DNA of 62,524 nucleotides, the filler included, from Spirochaetales bacterium (GTDB lineage Bacteria > Spirochaetota > Spirochaetia > Treponematales > UBA12059): the NCBI GenBank assembly GCA_016928955.1. It is 5 parts of 5 records of this genome, joined end to end, with 100 filler letters (N's around TTAATTAATTAA, not from the genome) between each part and the next. Parts side by side here need not be neighbours in the genome. Positions count along the whole stretch, not along the records: positions 25,034 to 54,283 come from JAFGJV010000051.1; positions 54,384 to 58,579 come from JAFGJV010000052.1; 3 more parts are not named here. The stretch is one strand, 5' to 3'. Position 1 is the stretch's first letter; every line of letters starts with the position of its first letter. Below the pieces are notes generated by a model, which saw nothing but the letters and a program-made list of their open reading frames with translations, was not told the origin of the DNA and did no database searches. A program made the translations under genes and the position numbers. This document shows, in pieces, positions 45,446 through 55,801 of the stretch.

Positions 45446-46687
45446 TCAGATAAAGAACGAACCCTTGCTGATGATCGGAACGGCCTTTCCGTTAGGCTCG
45501 TACCCGGTAACCTCCACGTCCGGAGATCCGATCATGAAATCGGTATGCACCGCGGATATGTTGGCGCCAACGGCGCGGAGCTCAGACTCGTTCATGGTCT
45601 CCCCGCCACGCACGCAGCCGGGGTAGGCCGAGCCAAGGGCTATGTGGCAGGAAGCGTTCTCGTCAAACAGGATGTTGTAAAACACGCGCTTGGCCTGGAA
45701 TATGGGCGACGCGGTGTCGACCAGGGCGACTTCGCCCAGGAAATGGGCGCCTTCGTCCATTGACAGATACACGTCCAGCACGTCCTTGCCGGAAGCGGCG
45801 CCGTAATCCACTACCTTGCCCGCTTTGAACTGGAGCCAGCCGCCTTCCACGGTCTTGCCCACGGACGGCACGAACACCGGGCAGGTGAAGGACACGCGGC
45901 CCTCGGTGCGCCTGGCGTCAGGGCTGGTGAACACTTCCTCCGTGGGTATGTTGGGGGCAAACACCCGGCCCTTGTGCGTCTTGGATGGACCGCCGTGCCA
46001 CACTGACTGCGGCATCAGGCCGACCGTCAGGTCGGTGCCCGGCCCTGTAAAGCGCACGCGGTCCAGGCGCAGGCTGTTGAGTTTGTCCGCGCGGGTGGCC
46101 AGCTCCCGGCCGTGCTCCACCCAGAAGGCTGCGGGATCTGGTTTGTCCAGCCTCAGGATGGGTATGAGCACCTTCCAGAGCGCTTCAACGGCATCCGGCC
46201 CCGGCTTCATGTCCATGATCTTGCCGGCGAGTTTCTCCGTGGGATAGAAGGCCACCAACCACGCTATCTCGTTGTTGCTGATGCGGCTCTGGTACGGCCG
46301 CATGGCCGCGGCAATGGCCTTGGCTGTGCGCGCGTTCCTGTCCTGGTCCAGAGCGCCCAGGAATTCAGGATCCTCGGGCGTGCGTATGGCTATCAGAGCC
46401 CAGTCCTCGTCGATCTGGCTTTCAAGAGTATCCTTGCGGAACTGGGGCACGTAGTCCAGGTACTGGTCGCGGGAATGGTCGATGCGGGCCTTGTACAGAT
46501 AGGGGTTCTCTATCTCGTTGTTGTCAAAGCGGACGTAGCGGGCGCCGCGCTCATAGGCGCGGGCGGCCAGAATGGACGCAAACGGCAGGTGCACGGGCTC
46601 GCCGCGCACCAAAAGGTTCTGTCCTTCCTGCAGGTTGACGGCGGCCAGGAGGACGTCGGCATAGCGTTCCAGAAAAGCCTGTTCCAT
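45446..46687 (-). CDS. Aminopeptidase, M29 (AmpS/PepS) family
   Basis: NIPTEEVFTSP, GEVALV, LFDENASCHIALGSAY, HTDFMIG. Confidence 0.94.
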   Translation of the reverse strand: MEQAFLERYADVLLAAVNLQEGQNLLVRGEPVHLPFASILAARAYERGARYVRFDNNEIENPYLYKARIDHSRDQYLDYVPQFRKDTLESQIDEDWALIAIRTPEDPEFLGALDQDRNARTAKAIAAAMRPYQSRISNNEIAWLVAFYPTEKLAGKIMDMKPGPDAVEALWKVLIPILRLDKPDPAAFWVEHGRELATRADKLNSLRLDRVRFTGPGTDLTVGLMPQSVWHGGPSKTHKGRVFAPNIPTEEVFTSPDARRTEGRVSFTCPVFVPSVGKTVEGGWLQFKAGKVVDYGAASGKDVLDVYLSMDEGAHFLGEVALVDTASPIFQAKRVFYNILFDENASCHIALGSAYPGCVRGGETMNESELRAVGANISAVHTDFMIGSPDVEVTGYEPNGKAVPIISKGSFFI

Positions 46688-46778
46688 GGGGGTGTTCCTT
46701 CCGTGAGGGTTTTCCCCATGATAGAGGCGCCCGCCCATACCGTCAAGGCGAGCGCCCCCAGGAATATCCGCCGGGGTA

Positions 46779-47573
46779 TCAGGCGGCTGTGCGTTTTTTC
46801 CGAGCGACCAGTCTGGTAACTATGGCCGCGGCCACGACCAGGCCGCCTGCTGCCGCTGCCAATATGACCGGCAAGGCGCTGTCGCCGCCCACATCAAGGC
46901 GCTTTATGATGATGCCGGCGTACGCCCATAGCACCACCAGGCCGGAGCACACGGCGTCGCGTTTCCGCACCAGGAGGAAACCCACGGCCGCCCCGACCAG
47001 GATGACAAGCACGGTCCACACTTCAGGCGGTATCCCAAAGCCGTTCCACCCGGCCGTGACCAGCACGGCGGTCACGTTGGCTATGGTCGCCACGCATATC
47101 CAGCCCAGGTACACAAGGATGGGGACGCGCAGGAAAAATCCTTTCCAGCCGGGAACTGGACCGGCCCTATGTATGCGTTCCATGAGCATGACCAACGTCA
47201 CGAGGAGGCCCGCCATGATGAGCAGGGACAGGGGCACAAGGCGCCAGTGCCACGCAAATATCCAAGCCGCGTTGAATAGGGCGTTGACTGAAAAAACCCA
47301 GCCGTCAGCCGCCTTCCATGCTCCGCTGGGTTTTTTGCCAAAGGCTTCTGTCAGCACGGTAGCCACATACCCAAGGAGTAGGGCATATATCAGGCCCCAG
47401 ATGGCAAAGGTGATACCGGCCGGCACAAACAGGTTGGGAATCTCGTCTGAGAGCTGTCCGGTGTCCACGCCGTTTAGGGGCAGGCCGTTGGCCAGGCCGT
47501 TCACCGTCACCATTGCCAGGAACAGGAGTGCCGTCAGAATGGCGGCGGCCCTGGTCGTCGTCTTTTCGCCCAT
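46779..47573 (-). CDS. TspO/MBR-related membrane protein
   Basis: VNGLAN.LPLNG, FVPAGITFAIWGLIY, NAAWIFAWH, VYLGWICVATIAN. Confidence 0.8.
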   Translation of the reverse strand: MGEKTTTRAAAILTALLFLAMVTVNGLANGLPLNGVDTGQLSDEIPNLFVPAGITFAIWGLIYALLLGYVATVLTEAFGKKPSGAWKAADGWVFSVNALFNAAWIFAWHWRLVPLSLLIMAGLLVTLVMLMERIHRAGPVPGWKGFFLRVPILVYLGWICVATIANVTAVLVTAGWNGFGIPPEVWTVLVILVGAAVGFLLVRKRDAVCSGLVVLWAYAGIIIKRLDVGGDSALPVILAAAAGGLVVAAAIVTRLVARKKRTAA

Positions 47574-47746
47574 GAATAACCTCCACGTTTCGAGTTTGGG
47601 AACCTTCCGCGTCTTCGGCTCCGTGAGCCTCGCGTAGGGAAAATGTAATGTGCGTTCAGCGTTTCGGCAAATCGCGGGATACCATCGCCCCAAAACAAAT
47701 ACCCCCGCCGTTACTGGCGGGGGCCATCAAAATCGTGGTGATAAAC

Positions 47747-48589
47747 TTACGCTTGCACCGTTTCCAACTTCTTGCCCGGGACTATGACCGCGGTCTCCAG
47801 AAGCTGATAGCATTTGGTGGGGCACTTCTCCACGCACACTCCGCAGGACGTGCACTTGGAATAATCCGTAACTGGTATGCCATTGACCATGCTGATGCAC
47901 TGCTCGGGACAGGCGCGCACACAGGCCTCGCACTTGATACAGCCGACCTTGCAGGTCTTGAGTACGGTTGCCTTGACCACGGAGCGGTTGGAACACAGCA
48001 CCACGGAACCCTTGCGGGACCTGGGCACCATGGCCAGTATCTGCTGGGGACACTCCTGCGCGCACAGACCGCAACCCGTACACTTGTCGTAATCCACGTG
48101 CGGAAGGCCGTCGTCGCCCATGTGCAGCGCGTCGAACTGGCATACCAGGGTACAGTCGCCGTAGCCCAGACAGCCCCAGGCGCACAGCTTGGTCCCGCCC
48201 GCCGACAGCTTGGCGGCGCGGCAGGTCTCCACGCCCACATAGGTGCCTTTAACCGGAGCTTTGTCCTTGGCGCCCTGGCACAGGAGTACGGCCACCTGGT
48301 CCTCGCTAGAGGCGTTCACGCCCATGAGCGACGCCAGGGCATCGGCCACGTCTTTGCCGCCGGGCGCGCACTTGGTAACCGGCGCGTCTCCCTTGGCCAC
48401 CGCTTCCGCGTATCCGTCACAGCCGGGATACCCGCACGCGCCGCAGTTGACGCCGGGCAGCCGTTCGCGCACGGCGTCTATTTTTGGGTCGCGTTCCACC
48501 TTGAACAGTTCCTTGAACCAGCCCAGGGCCAAACCCAGAAGGAAAGCCAGTATCGCCGAAAAGCCCAAGGTTAACCATATTGCCGTCAT
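47747..48589 (-). CDS. rnfB: Rnf complex subunit B
   Basis: LPGVNCGACGYPGC and several ferredoxin CxxCxxCxxxCP motifs. Confidence 0.95.
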   Translation of the reverse strand: MTAIWLTLGFSAILAFLLGLALGWFKELFKVERDPKIDAVRERLPGVNCGACGYPGCDGYAEAVAKGDAPVTKCAPGGKDVADALASLMGVNASSEDQVAVLLCQGAKDKAPVKGTYVGVETCRAAKLSAGGTKLCAWGCLGYGDCTLVCQFDALHMGDDGLPHVDYDKCTGCGLCAQECPQQILAMVPRSRKGSVVLCSNRSVVKATVLKTCKVGCIKCEACVRACPEQCISMVNGIPVTDYSKCTSCGVCVEKCPTKCYQLLETAVIVPGKKLETVQA

Positions 48590-48601
48590 GTGCTGTCCTC
48601 C

Positions 48602-49177
48602 TTATTTGATGAGGCCCGCAAAGCCCATGAAGGCTACGGCCAAAAGGCTGGTCGAGACAAAAAGGATGGGCGTGCCCTGCAGAAACTTGGGTATGGGCGC
48701 GGTTTTTATCCTCTCGCGGATTCCGGCAAGCAGAACCAGCGACAGGAGGAAACCGGAGGCCACGCCCACGGCGTACACCACCGACTCGATCAGGTTGTAG
48801 CCCCGGGAGATCACGTCAAAGGTCACGGCCAAGATGGCGCAGTTGGTGGTGATCAGGGGCAGGTAGATGCCCATGGACGCGTACAGCCCCGGCACGTTCT
48901 TCTTGAGGAAGAATTCGACCAGCTGAACCAGGGAGGCGATCACCAGGATGAACACCAGGATCTGGAGGAATTTCAGGTCAAGTCCAACCAGTATGAACGT
49001 GTATATCGGCCAGGTCACCATCGTCGCTATCACGGTGACAAAAATCACGGCCAGGCCCATGCCCACGGACTTGTTCACGTCCACGCTCATGCCTATGAAG
49101 GGGCAGAGCGCCAGGAAGCGCATCAGGACGATGTTGTCTATCAGGAGAGCCGATATGAATATGCTCGCCAGGTTCAT
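48602..49177 (-). CDS. rnfA: Rnf complex subunit A
   Basis: NIVLMRFLALCPF, GIYLPLITTNCA. Confidence 0.95.
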   Translation of the reverse strand: MNLASIFISALLIDNIVLMRFLALCPFIGMSVDVNKSVGMGLAVIFVTVIATMVTWPIYTFILVGLDLKFLQILVFILVIASLVQLVEFFLKKNVPGLYASMGIYLPLITTNCAILAVTFDVISRGYNLIESVVYAVGVASGFLLSLVLLAGIRERIKTAPIPKFLQGTPILFVSTSLLAVAFMGFAGLIK

Positions 49178-49812
49178 GATGCCTCCTTGGACGTCTCAAG
49201 CCGGGCCTTGGCCCTGGCGTCCATGCCCCGCTTGATTCCCAGGTTCATGGAAATGAACAGGGCAAACACCATGAAGCCGCCGGGGGGCAGGGTGAAGAAC
49301 AGGATGGGCTGGAATCCCTTGGGCATGATTTTTATGCCGAGGAAGGCGCCCGCCCCGAGGATTTCTCGCACGGCGGCTATGCCTATCAGCACCCAGGTGT
49401 AGCCCAGGCCCATACCCAGGGCGTCAACCGCCGCATGAAGGGGATTTTCCTTGCTGGCAAAGGCTTCCACGCGTCCCATAATGATGCAGTTGACCACGAT
49501 AAGCGGGATGAACACGCCCAGCGACTCGGACAGGTCCGGCCAATACGCCTTCATGGCCAGGTCGACCATGGTGGTGAACGCCGCGATGACGATGATGAAG
49601 ATCGGGATGCGCGCGTCGTTTGGAATCAGCTTGCGGAACAGAGATATGACCAGTTCGGCGAACACGATGACGAAGGTCATAGCCGCGCCCATGCCTATGG
49701 CATTGGCCACACCCGAAGTAACGGCCACCGCTGAACACAGACCTATCATCAATATGAGCAGCGGGTTTTCTGTTACCAGGCCCTTGGAGAAAATTTTCCA
49801 GAGTTTCAGCAT
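49174..49812 (-). CDS. rnfE: Rnf complex subunit E
   Basis: ENP..IGLCSAVAV, FIPLIVVNCIIMGR, LPPGGF. Confidence 0.95.
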   Translation of the reverse strand: MLKLWKIFSKGLVTENPLLILMIGLCSAVAVTSGVANAIGMGAAMTFVIVFAELVISLFRKLIPNDARIPIFIIVIAAFTTMVDLAMKAYWPDLSESLGVFIPLIVVNCIIMGRVEAFASKENPLHAAVDALGMGLGYTWVLIGIAAVREILGAGAFLGIKIMPKGFQPILFFTLPPGGFMVFALFISMNLGIKRGMDARAKARLETSKEAS

Positions 49813-50414
49813 TACATTCCCCCCTCGGCCGCTTTTTCCAGCCATTGTCCGCCGGCCTGCCCGGCCGCCTTGGCTATCAGGGTAAGGGCCTTGCTGGTTA
49901 TGGTGCTGGCGGTGATGGCAACGATGTCTTTCTTGACCTCAAACGGATCTGAAAGCGCCTTGCCGGTGAACTGCCCAGGGAACGTGGTGTTGGACGACTC
50001 GTCCACAAAGTACGTCGGGCTAGTGGCGTTGGCGCCCAGGCCCGGCGTGTCTGTCAGCTCGAGTATTCGTACGCCAACCAGCCGGCGGTCGGTGCCAACG
50101 CCCACGAGCATGGCCGCGTCGCCCCCGTAGCTCTTGCCGGTTACCTTGATGGCCACGCCCAGGATCGCGTCGCCCTTGGTTGCCTTCCAGGAACCGTTCA
50201 CCTTCACGTCCGAAAGGCTCGCTGCAATGGAGCCGTTGATGTCGGTAAAGGCGTCCGCTTCGGGAAAGAGGTCCTTGAGCGACATCTCCAGCCGTTTGGC
50301 CTCGTGGCCCTCTATGGCCGGCTTGGTAACGGTATACACGGCCGCCAGCGCCACGCATGCTCCGGCGGCGAACAAAGCCAGTATCACGCCCAGCTTGAGT
50401 ATGTTCATGTTCAT
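49812..50414 (-). CDS. rnfG: Rnf complex subunit G
   Basis: N-terminal TM; SYGG, DTPGLG, AITASTITSKA. Confidence 0.9.
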   Translation of the reverse strand: MNMNILKLGVILALFAAGACVALAAVYTVTKPAIEGHEAKRLEMSLKDLFPEADAFTDINGSIAASLSDVKVNGSWKATKGDAILGVAIKVTGKSYGGDAAMLVGVGTDRRLVGVRILELTDTPGLGANATSPTYFVDESSNTTFPGQFTGKALSDPFEVKKDIVAITASTITSKALTLIAKAAGQAGGQWLEKAAEGGM

Positions 50415-51424
50415 TTACCGGCCTCCTTGGCGGGCTTGGCCGGGGGCACAAAGCCGTATTTCTTGACCCTGAGCTTGTCAAGGAAGGGCGCGATGGCGTT
50501 CATGATCAGGATGCCGTAGGTCACGCCCTCGGGAAAACCGCCGAATCTCCGGATAATAGTGGTAATGGCGCCGGCGCCGACGCCGAATATCAGCTTGCCC
50601 AGAGGCGTGACCGGCGTAGACACGTAATCGGTGGCCATGAATACCGCGCCGAACACCACGCCGCCCGACAGCACACCGAACACGGGATCCATGCCCAGGA
50701 GCCAGGACAGGAGGAAGGTGGTGCCGACCATGGCCAGCGGGGTAACGATCTGCACAACGCGGAGGGCCAGCAGGAAGGCAAAGCCCACCAGGATGAGCAG
50801 TATGGAACTCTCGCCGATACATCCGGCGCGGTTGCCCACAAACAGGGTCCACAGCATGGAGTTGTAGTCGGCGGCGGAAGCCAAGCCCCGCTCCACAAAG
50901 CCGGCGCCCACGTCTGCCACGCTGCCGCCGAGCTTGACCACGTTGAGCGGCGTGGCCATTGTCGTGGCGTCGGTCAGGGCACCAAAGGGCGCGTGCCAGG
51001 TGGTCATAGCGGCCGGAAAGCTCATAACCAGGATGGCGCGTCCAATCAGAGCCGGGTTGAAGGGATTGGCTCCAAGGCCGCCGAAGAATTCCTTTGCAAA
51101 AATCACGGCGGCAACGGCGCCCAGGGCGGCCATCCACAATGGCAGGGACGGCGGTGAAATCAGGGCGACCAGGAGGCCCGTCACCACCGCGGAAAGGTCG
51201 CCAATGCGCGGGTCTTGTTTGGTGGCCAGGCGGAACAGGGCTTCCGCGGCAACGGCGGAAAACACGGAAACCAAAATCACGCCCAGGGCCGGCACTCCGA
51301 AGAGGACCACGCCGTACACGGTGGACGGCATGAGCGCTATGATCACGGCCAGCATGATCTTGCGCACGTCGCCACGCGTGTACGAACTTGGGCTGGACGA
51401 CAGAAGCAGGTTATTTGCCGGCAC
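50411..51424 (-). CDS. rnfD: Rnf complex subunit D
   Basis: AVVTGLL, FGGLGANPFNPA, TMATPL, GCIGE, FMATD, PEGV. Confidence 0.95.
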   Translation of the reverse strand: MPANNLLLSSSPSSYTRGDVRKIMLAVIIALMPSTVYGVVLFGVPALGVILVSVFSAVAAEALFRLATKQDPRIGDLSAVVTGLLVALISPPSLPLWMAALGAVAAVIFAKEFFGGLGANPFNPALIGRAILVMSFPAAMTTWHAPFGALTDATTMATPLNVVKLGGSVADVGAGFVERGLASAADYNSMLWTLFVGNRAGCIGESSILLILVGFAFLLALRVVQIVTPLAMVGTTFLLSWLLGMDPVFGVLSGGVVFGAVFMATDYVSTPVTPLGKLIFGVGAGAITTIIRRFGGFPEGVTYGILIMNAIAPFLDKLRVKKYGFVPPAKPAKEAGK

Positions 51425-52757
51425 GCTGGGCCTCCTTTTGTTTCTTAGCCCGGACCAGTTGCTTGCCCACGCGGAACCGCTGGACAAGCTGGATGTGCGA
51501 TGGGCACACGTAACTGCAGGTGCCGCACTCGATGCAGTCCATCACGCCGATCTGTTCGGCAAGATCCAGGTCGTTGGCCTTGAGCGCGTTGTTGAGCAGG
51601 GCTGGCGACAGGCGGCAGGAGCAGGCGCGCATGCAGCGGCCGCAGCGGATACAGGGACCTTCCTCGTATACCTTGGCCTCGCGCTCGTCCATGAACAGCA
51701 CGCCGGACGTGTTCTTCTGTACGGGCACGGTCCAGTTCGGCAAGGAGGGGCCCATCATGGGACCGCCAAAAATCACGCGGCGGACCGCTTCCTCGTCTAT
51801 CTGGATCACGTCGGGCACCAGGTCGGACACCAGGGTTCCCACGGGAACCATCAGGTTTTTGGGCGTCTTGCAGGCGGCGCCGGACACGGTCAGGCCGCGG
51901 TCAATGAGGGGCTTGCCTTCCTGGAAGGCGTCGGCAATGGCCTTGAAGGTGCCCACATTGTGGACCACGCAGCCCACGTCCATGGGCAGGCCGCCAGACG
52001 GCACTTCCCTGCCGGTGATGGCCGTGATCAGCATCTTCTCGCCGCCCTGCGGGTACTTGGTCTTCAGGAGCTGGACCGTAATGCCGTTACCGTAATGCCT
52101 GGACGCTATAGCCGATTCCAGCTGGCCCTGCAGGTGGGATTTGTTGTCCTCAAGCCCGATGACGCCCTTGGACACGCCCAAGGCGCGCATGACAATTGCC
52201 ATGCCCAGCACCAGGTCGCCAGGCGCTTCTTCCATCATGCGCTCGTCTATGGTCAGGTAGGGCTCGCACTCGGCCGCGTTGGCGATGACCAGGTCTATGG
52301 GCTTGTTCGGCGGCGGGGCAAGCTTGACGTGGGCCGGGAAACCCGCGCCTCCCATGCCAACGATGCCAGCCTCTCGGATGCGCGCCAGAGCCTCGTCCTT
52401 GGTGCAGGACAGCCCGTCCAGCGGAGGCAGAAAAGCGGTCTCAGAGGAGCCGTCGGACTCGATGATGATGGCCATTCCGTCCAGGTTGTTCGGCTGGAGC
52501 CGCGGCTCTATCTTCTTAACCGTGCCGGATATGGACGCGTGCACGGGCACGGTCATCCGGCCGTCGGCGTCGGCGATTTTCTGGCCGCGCTTGACCACGT
52601 CGCCCACTTTTACCAAGGGCTGGATGGGCGCGCCAAAATGCTGGTTTACCGGTATTACGACCTGCTTGACCGTTCGGACGTTCTCGATCGGCAGGCCCTC
52701 GGTCCGGTGCTTTCTCTCAGGCGGATGAGCTCCGCCTTTGAATGTTTTGATCGACAT
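51411..52757 (-). CDS. rnfC: Rnf complex subunit C
   Basis: GGAHP, GIVGMGGAGFP, ECEPYLT, YPQGGEK, two 4Fe-4S motifs. Confidence 0.96.
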   Translation of the reverse strand: MSIKTFKGGAHPPERKHRTEGLPIENVRTVKQVVIPVNQHFGAPIQPLVKVGDVVKRGQKIADADGRMTVPVHASISGTVKKIEPRLQPNNLDGMAIIIESDGSSETAFLPPLDGLSCTKDEALARIREAGIVGMGGAGFPAHVKLAPPPNKPIDLVIANAAECEPYLTIDERMMEEAPGDLVLGMAIVMRALGVSKGVIGLEDNKSHLQGQLESAIASRHYGNGITVQLLKTKYPQGGEKMLITAITGREVPSGGLPMDVGCVVHNVGTFKAIADAFQEGKPLIDRGLTVSGAACKTPKNLMVPVGTLVSDLVPDVIQIDEEAVRRVIFGGPMMGPSLPNWTVPVQKNTSGVLFMDEREAKVYEEGPCIRCGRCMRACSCRLSPALLNNALKANDLDLAEQIGVMDCIECGTCSYVCPSHIQLVQRFRVGKQLVRAKKQKEAQRAGK

Positions 52758-53052
52758 GGCCTTTAGTTGCTCCTTTTCCGCCGCTTGCCTATGGGCCGGC
52801 ATCCGGTTATGGGAAACTCTGCGTGGTGCTCGGATCAGCCCGCCCGCCCAGATGTACTGCACGGCGCGAGAGAGTCTACAGAACATCGAAAAAACTGAAT
52901 GTTTTCAACGCCCTGCCAGGCAATGCGGGTCGGCCGATATCCTAGCGTCGCCCTAGACGAACCGTCAAGTCTCTCATCTATATATAGAAAAGAACTGATA
53001 TAATTTGGACGATTAGTATACACTCTACGCCCCCCGGATACGTTTTAGGACC

Positions 53053-54156
53053 TCACAGCCAGTGCTTTTTCTTGAAAAAGGCTATCATCCCCCCGGCAAT
53101 CAGGCCCATGACCCCGAGGGTCAACGGATAGCCCAGCCGCGCGTACAATTCTGGCATGTGTTTAAAATTCATTCCGTACACGCCGGCTATGAAGGTCAAC
53201 GGCATGAATATGGTGGAAATTATGGTCAGAACCTTCATGACCTCGTTCATGCGGGTGGACAGGGATGACAGGAACACTTCCTGGATGCCTGAAGCCGTTT
53301 CACGGTAGTTTTCTAGCGCTTCCAGAACCTGGACGGTGTTTTCCTGCAGGTCACGAAGAAAGGGATCCAGATTGTCGTCCAACAGCGGACTGTCGGAATG
53401 GAGCAGGGCCGCTATGGTCTCGCGAACCGGCCACACCACGCGCCGCATGCGGTTCATCTCGAATTTTACCGCCTGCAGGCCTTCCATAAAGCCCTTGGTC
53501 TCTCGTCCCTGGGCGCTGGACTCCTCAAAGCCTTCCAGCCGGTCGCCAAGCCATTCCAGTAGTGCAAAATAATTGTCCACAATGACGTCCAGAAGGGCGT
53601 ACGCCAGGTAGGACGAGCTCATCTTGCGCAGTCGCCCAACGGAATTTTTCAGCCGGTCCCGTACCGGATTGAGGCAGTCCCCCGGGGTTTCCTGTATGGT
53701 CAGCACGGCGTTGCGCGACAGAATGACGCTCACCTGCTCGTACTCGATGGTATCGTCGCTGTGCCGGGTGAGCATTTTGGTGATGATGAGGACATAGTGC
53801 CCAAAGTCTTCTATTTTTGGCCGGTGCTCGGTATTGAGCAGGTCCTCCACGGTCAGGGGATCAAGGCGGAAATACCCGCCCAGGCGTTTGATGGCATCCT
53901 GGTCCGCAAGGCCATTGACGTTGATCCAGTTGACCATACCGTCTTCCAGCATGGCCAGAACCTCTTCAACGTTCTCGGGCGTGACCACGGACAGGGCAGT
54001 GGCGTCGTATTGTATGAGGGAAAAAACGGCTTCCGTGGGCGCCTTGTTCCCTATGTACACGGGCGTGTCCACGGACAGGCCCGCGTTGCCCGGGGACACG
54101 CTCTTGAACAGGGGCTCTATGGTGCGCTTAGTTTTGCGACGCTTTCGCTCGGCCAT
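53053..54156 (-). CDS. corA: Magnesium/cobalt transporter CorA
   Basis: WINVNG, HRPKIE, MKVLT..FMPLTFIAGVYGMNF. Confidence 0.96.
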   Translation of the reverse strand: MAERKRRKTKRTIEPLFKSVSPGNAGLSVDTPVYIGNKAPTEAVFSLIQYDATALSVVTPENVEEVLAMLEDGMVNWINVNGLADQDAIKRLGGYFRLDPLTVEDLLNTEHRPKIEDFGHYVLIITKMLTRHSDDTIEYEQVSVILSRNAVLTIQETPGDCLNPVRDRLKNSVGRLRKMSSSYLAYALLDVIVDNYFALLEWLGDRLEGFEESSAQGRETKGFMEGLQAVKFEMNRMRRVVWPVRETIAALLHSDSPLLDDNLDPFLRDLQENTVQVLEALENYRETASGIQEVFLSSLSTRMNEVMKVLTIISTIFMPLTFIAGVYGMNFKHMPELYARLGYPLTLGVMGLIAGGMIAFFKKKHWL

Positions 54157-54283
54157 GGCCCATAGGGTAGCGCCGGCGGCATGCCCGCGCAAGGCATGTA
54201 TAGTGCCGCGAACCTTGTTGAAAATCGCGCAGAAGCAAGCGCGGCGCGTCCGCTTGGCGTAGCAGGGGCATCTCCGCTACTCC

Positions 54284-54383
54284 NNNNNNNNNNNNNNNNN
54301 NNNNNNNNNNNNNNNNNNNNNNNNNNNTTAATTAATTAANNNNNNNNNNNNNNNNNNNNNNNNNNNNNNNNNNNNNNNNNNNN
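54284..54383. other. Artificial contig spacer
   Basis: N run containing TTAATTAATTAA. Confidence 0.97.
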
Positions 54384-55801
54384 GCAAGGGCCGTTCGCCC
54401 CGGTTCCACGGCGGCCAGCTCCTGGACCAGCTCGGCCGGCGTCCGCTCGGGCCACTGCCGCTTTGGTCCGGCACGGCACGGAGAAGCATCCTGAGCCTCA
54501 GGGAAGGCCAGCGAGAAGGCGGGCGCCTCAGGGTCGGATACAAAAGCGCCTGCCAGCGCCACAAAGCGCGCGCCCAGAGCGTCTATGGTCGTGGAAAGAA
54601 TCAGCTCCGGGTCATACGCCAGCCTCAGGCTCAAGTCCGGGCCGTCGCCCAGCAAGGCGTTCAAGGCAAAGGGAGCCCGCTCCCTGGCCGAGAAGGACAC
54701 GGGCCGCAGGCGAGCATCGCCCGGCGCGGAGCCCGGTCCCGGATAGTTCTCAAAACCAATGGCGTGGTCAAAGGGCGGCGCTCCGGATACTCCCATGGCC
54801 GACACGGGCACATGGGCGTTCAGCTCCAACCCGGGCGCCTCGGCGTGGAGCCGTTTGGCCAGCGCGGCCATGCTGAGGCTCCGGTCAAATGCCACGCGAA
54901 CCGGCGCGTTGGCTATCATGCAGCCTACGGCCCGGTCCACGCCCCTGACCGGCGCAGAGCGGCCGGATACGATGAACCCGAACACGGCGTCCGGGACACC
55001 TGTATATGAGGCGACCAGAATTCCCCACAAGGCCTTGCACACCGCGGACAGCGTGGAACCCGCCTCCCTGGCGGCGTGGCGCAGGCCGGCGGACAGGTCC
55101 GGGCCCAGAAAGACGTCCCTGCTGGCTGATCCTCCAGAACCGGAAGCCAGCATGGCGACGCTGGCACCCGGACGCCTGATCGCGTCTATAAAGGCCGGAC
55201 GCGGTGCGCAATCCAGGAGCTTCCGCCAGAAATCAGCGTCCTTTGGGGCGGAATCCAGCCAGCGCAGGTATGACCCGTAGGCGTCCGGCCTTGGGTCGGG
55301 AATACGGCCACCGGAGGCGAGCGTCGCGTACGTTGAGAACAATTCGCCCAAGAGTTGGGACAGGCTCCAGCCGTCCAGGGCTATATGGTGGAAGGTGAGC
55401 GCCAGGGCATGCCTATCGGCGGTCTGGTGGACCAGCAGGATGCGGATGGGCGGCCGGGCGGACAGCTCAAAGCCCCGCGCAAGCTCGGCTTCCAGGATAG
55501 CGTCCAGACCCTGGCCCGTGTCATCGGCAACGTCCACGGAGGGCGCGAGCGACGCTACCACCACCTGCGCCGGGGAACTCAGGTTCCGCTGCAGGTACAC
55601 CGTCCGGAGCGCGTCGTGGGCGCGGGCCAGGGATCGGACGGCCTCCGCCATCACGGCGTCGTCCAAAGCGCCTTCCAGGCCTACCACGGCCTGCTGGCGG
55701 TACCGGTGGTCGGAAGGGTCAAGCTCATGCTGGAACAGCATGTATTCCTGCATGGGAGTCAGGGGGCGGATGTCCTCTATATCCGGGCCTAGCGAGCTCA
55801 T
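54384..55801 (-). CDS. NRPS subunit: DCL-type condensation domain and start of an A domain (3' truncated)
   Basis: PLTPMQEYMLF, RAHDALRT, FHHIALDGWS, FGFIVSGR, FENYP; ATGA overlap with the upstream NRPS. Confidence 0.9.

Noticed and set aside
52977..52988. TCTATATATAGA palindrome upstream of rnfC as a ModE or Rex site
   Set aside because: Low-complexity and does not match either consensus well enough to assign.
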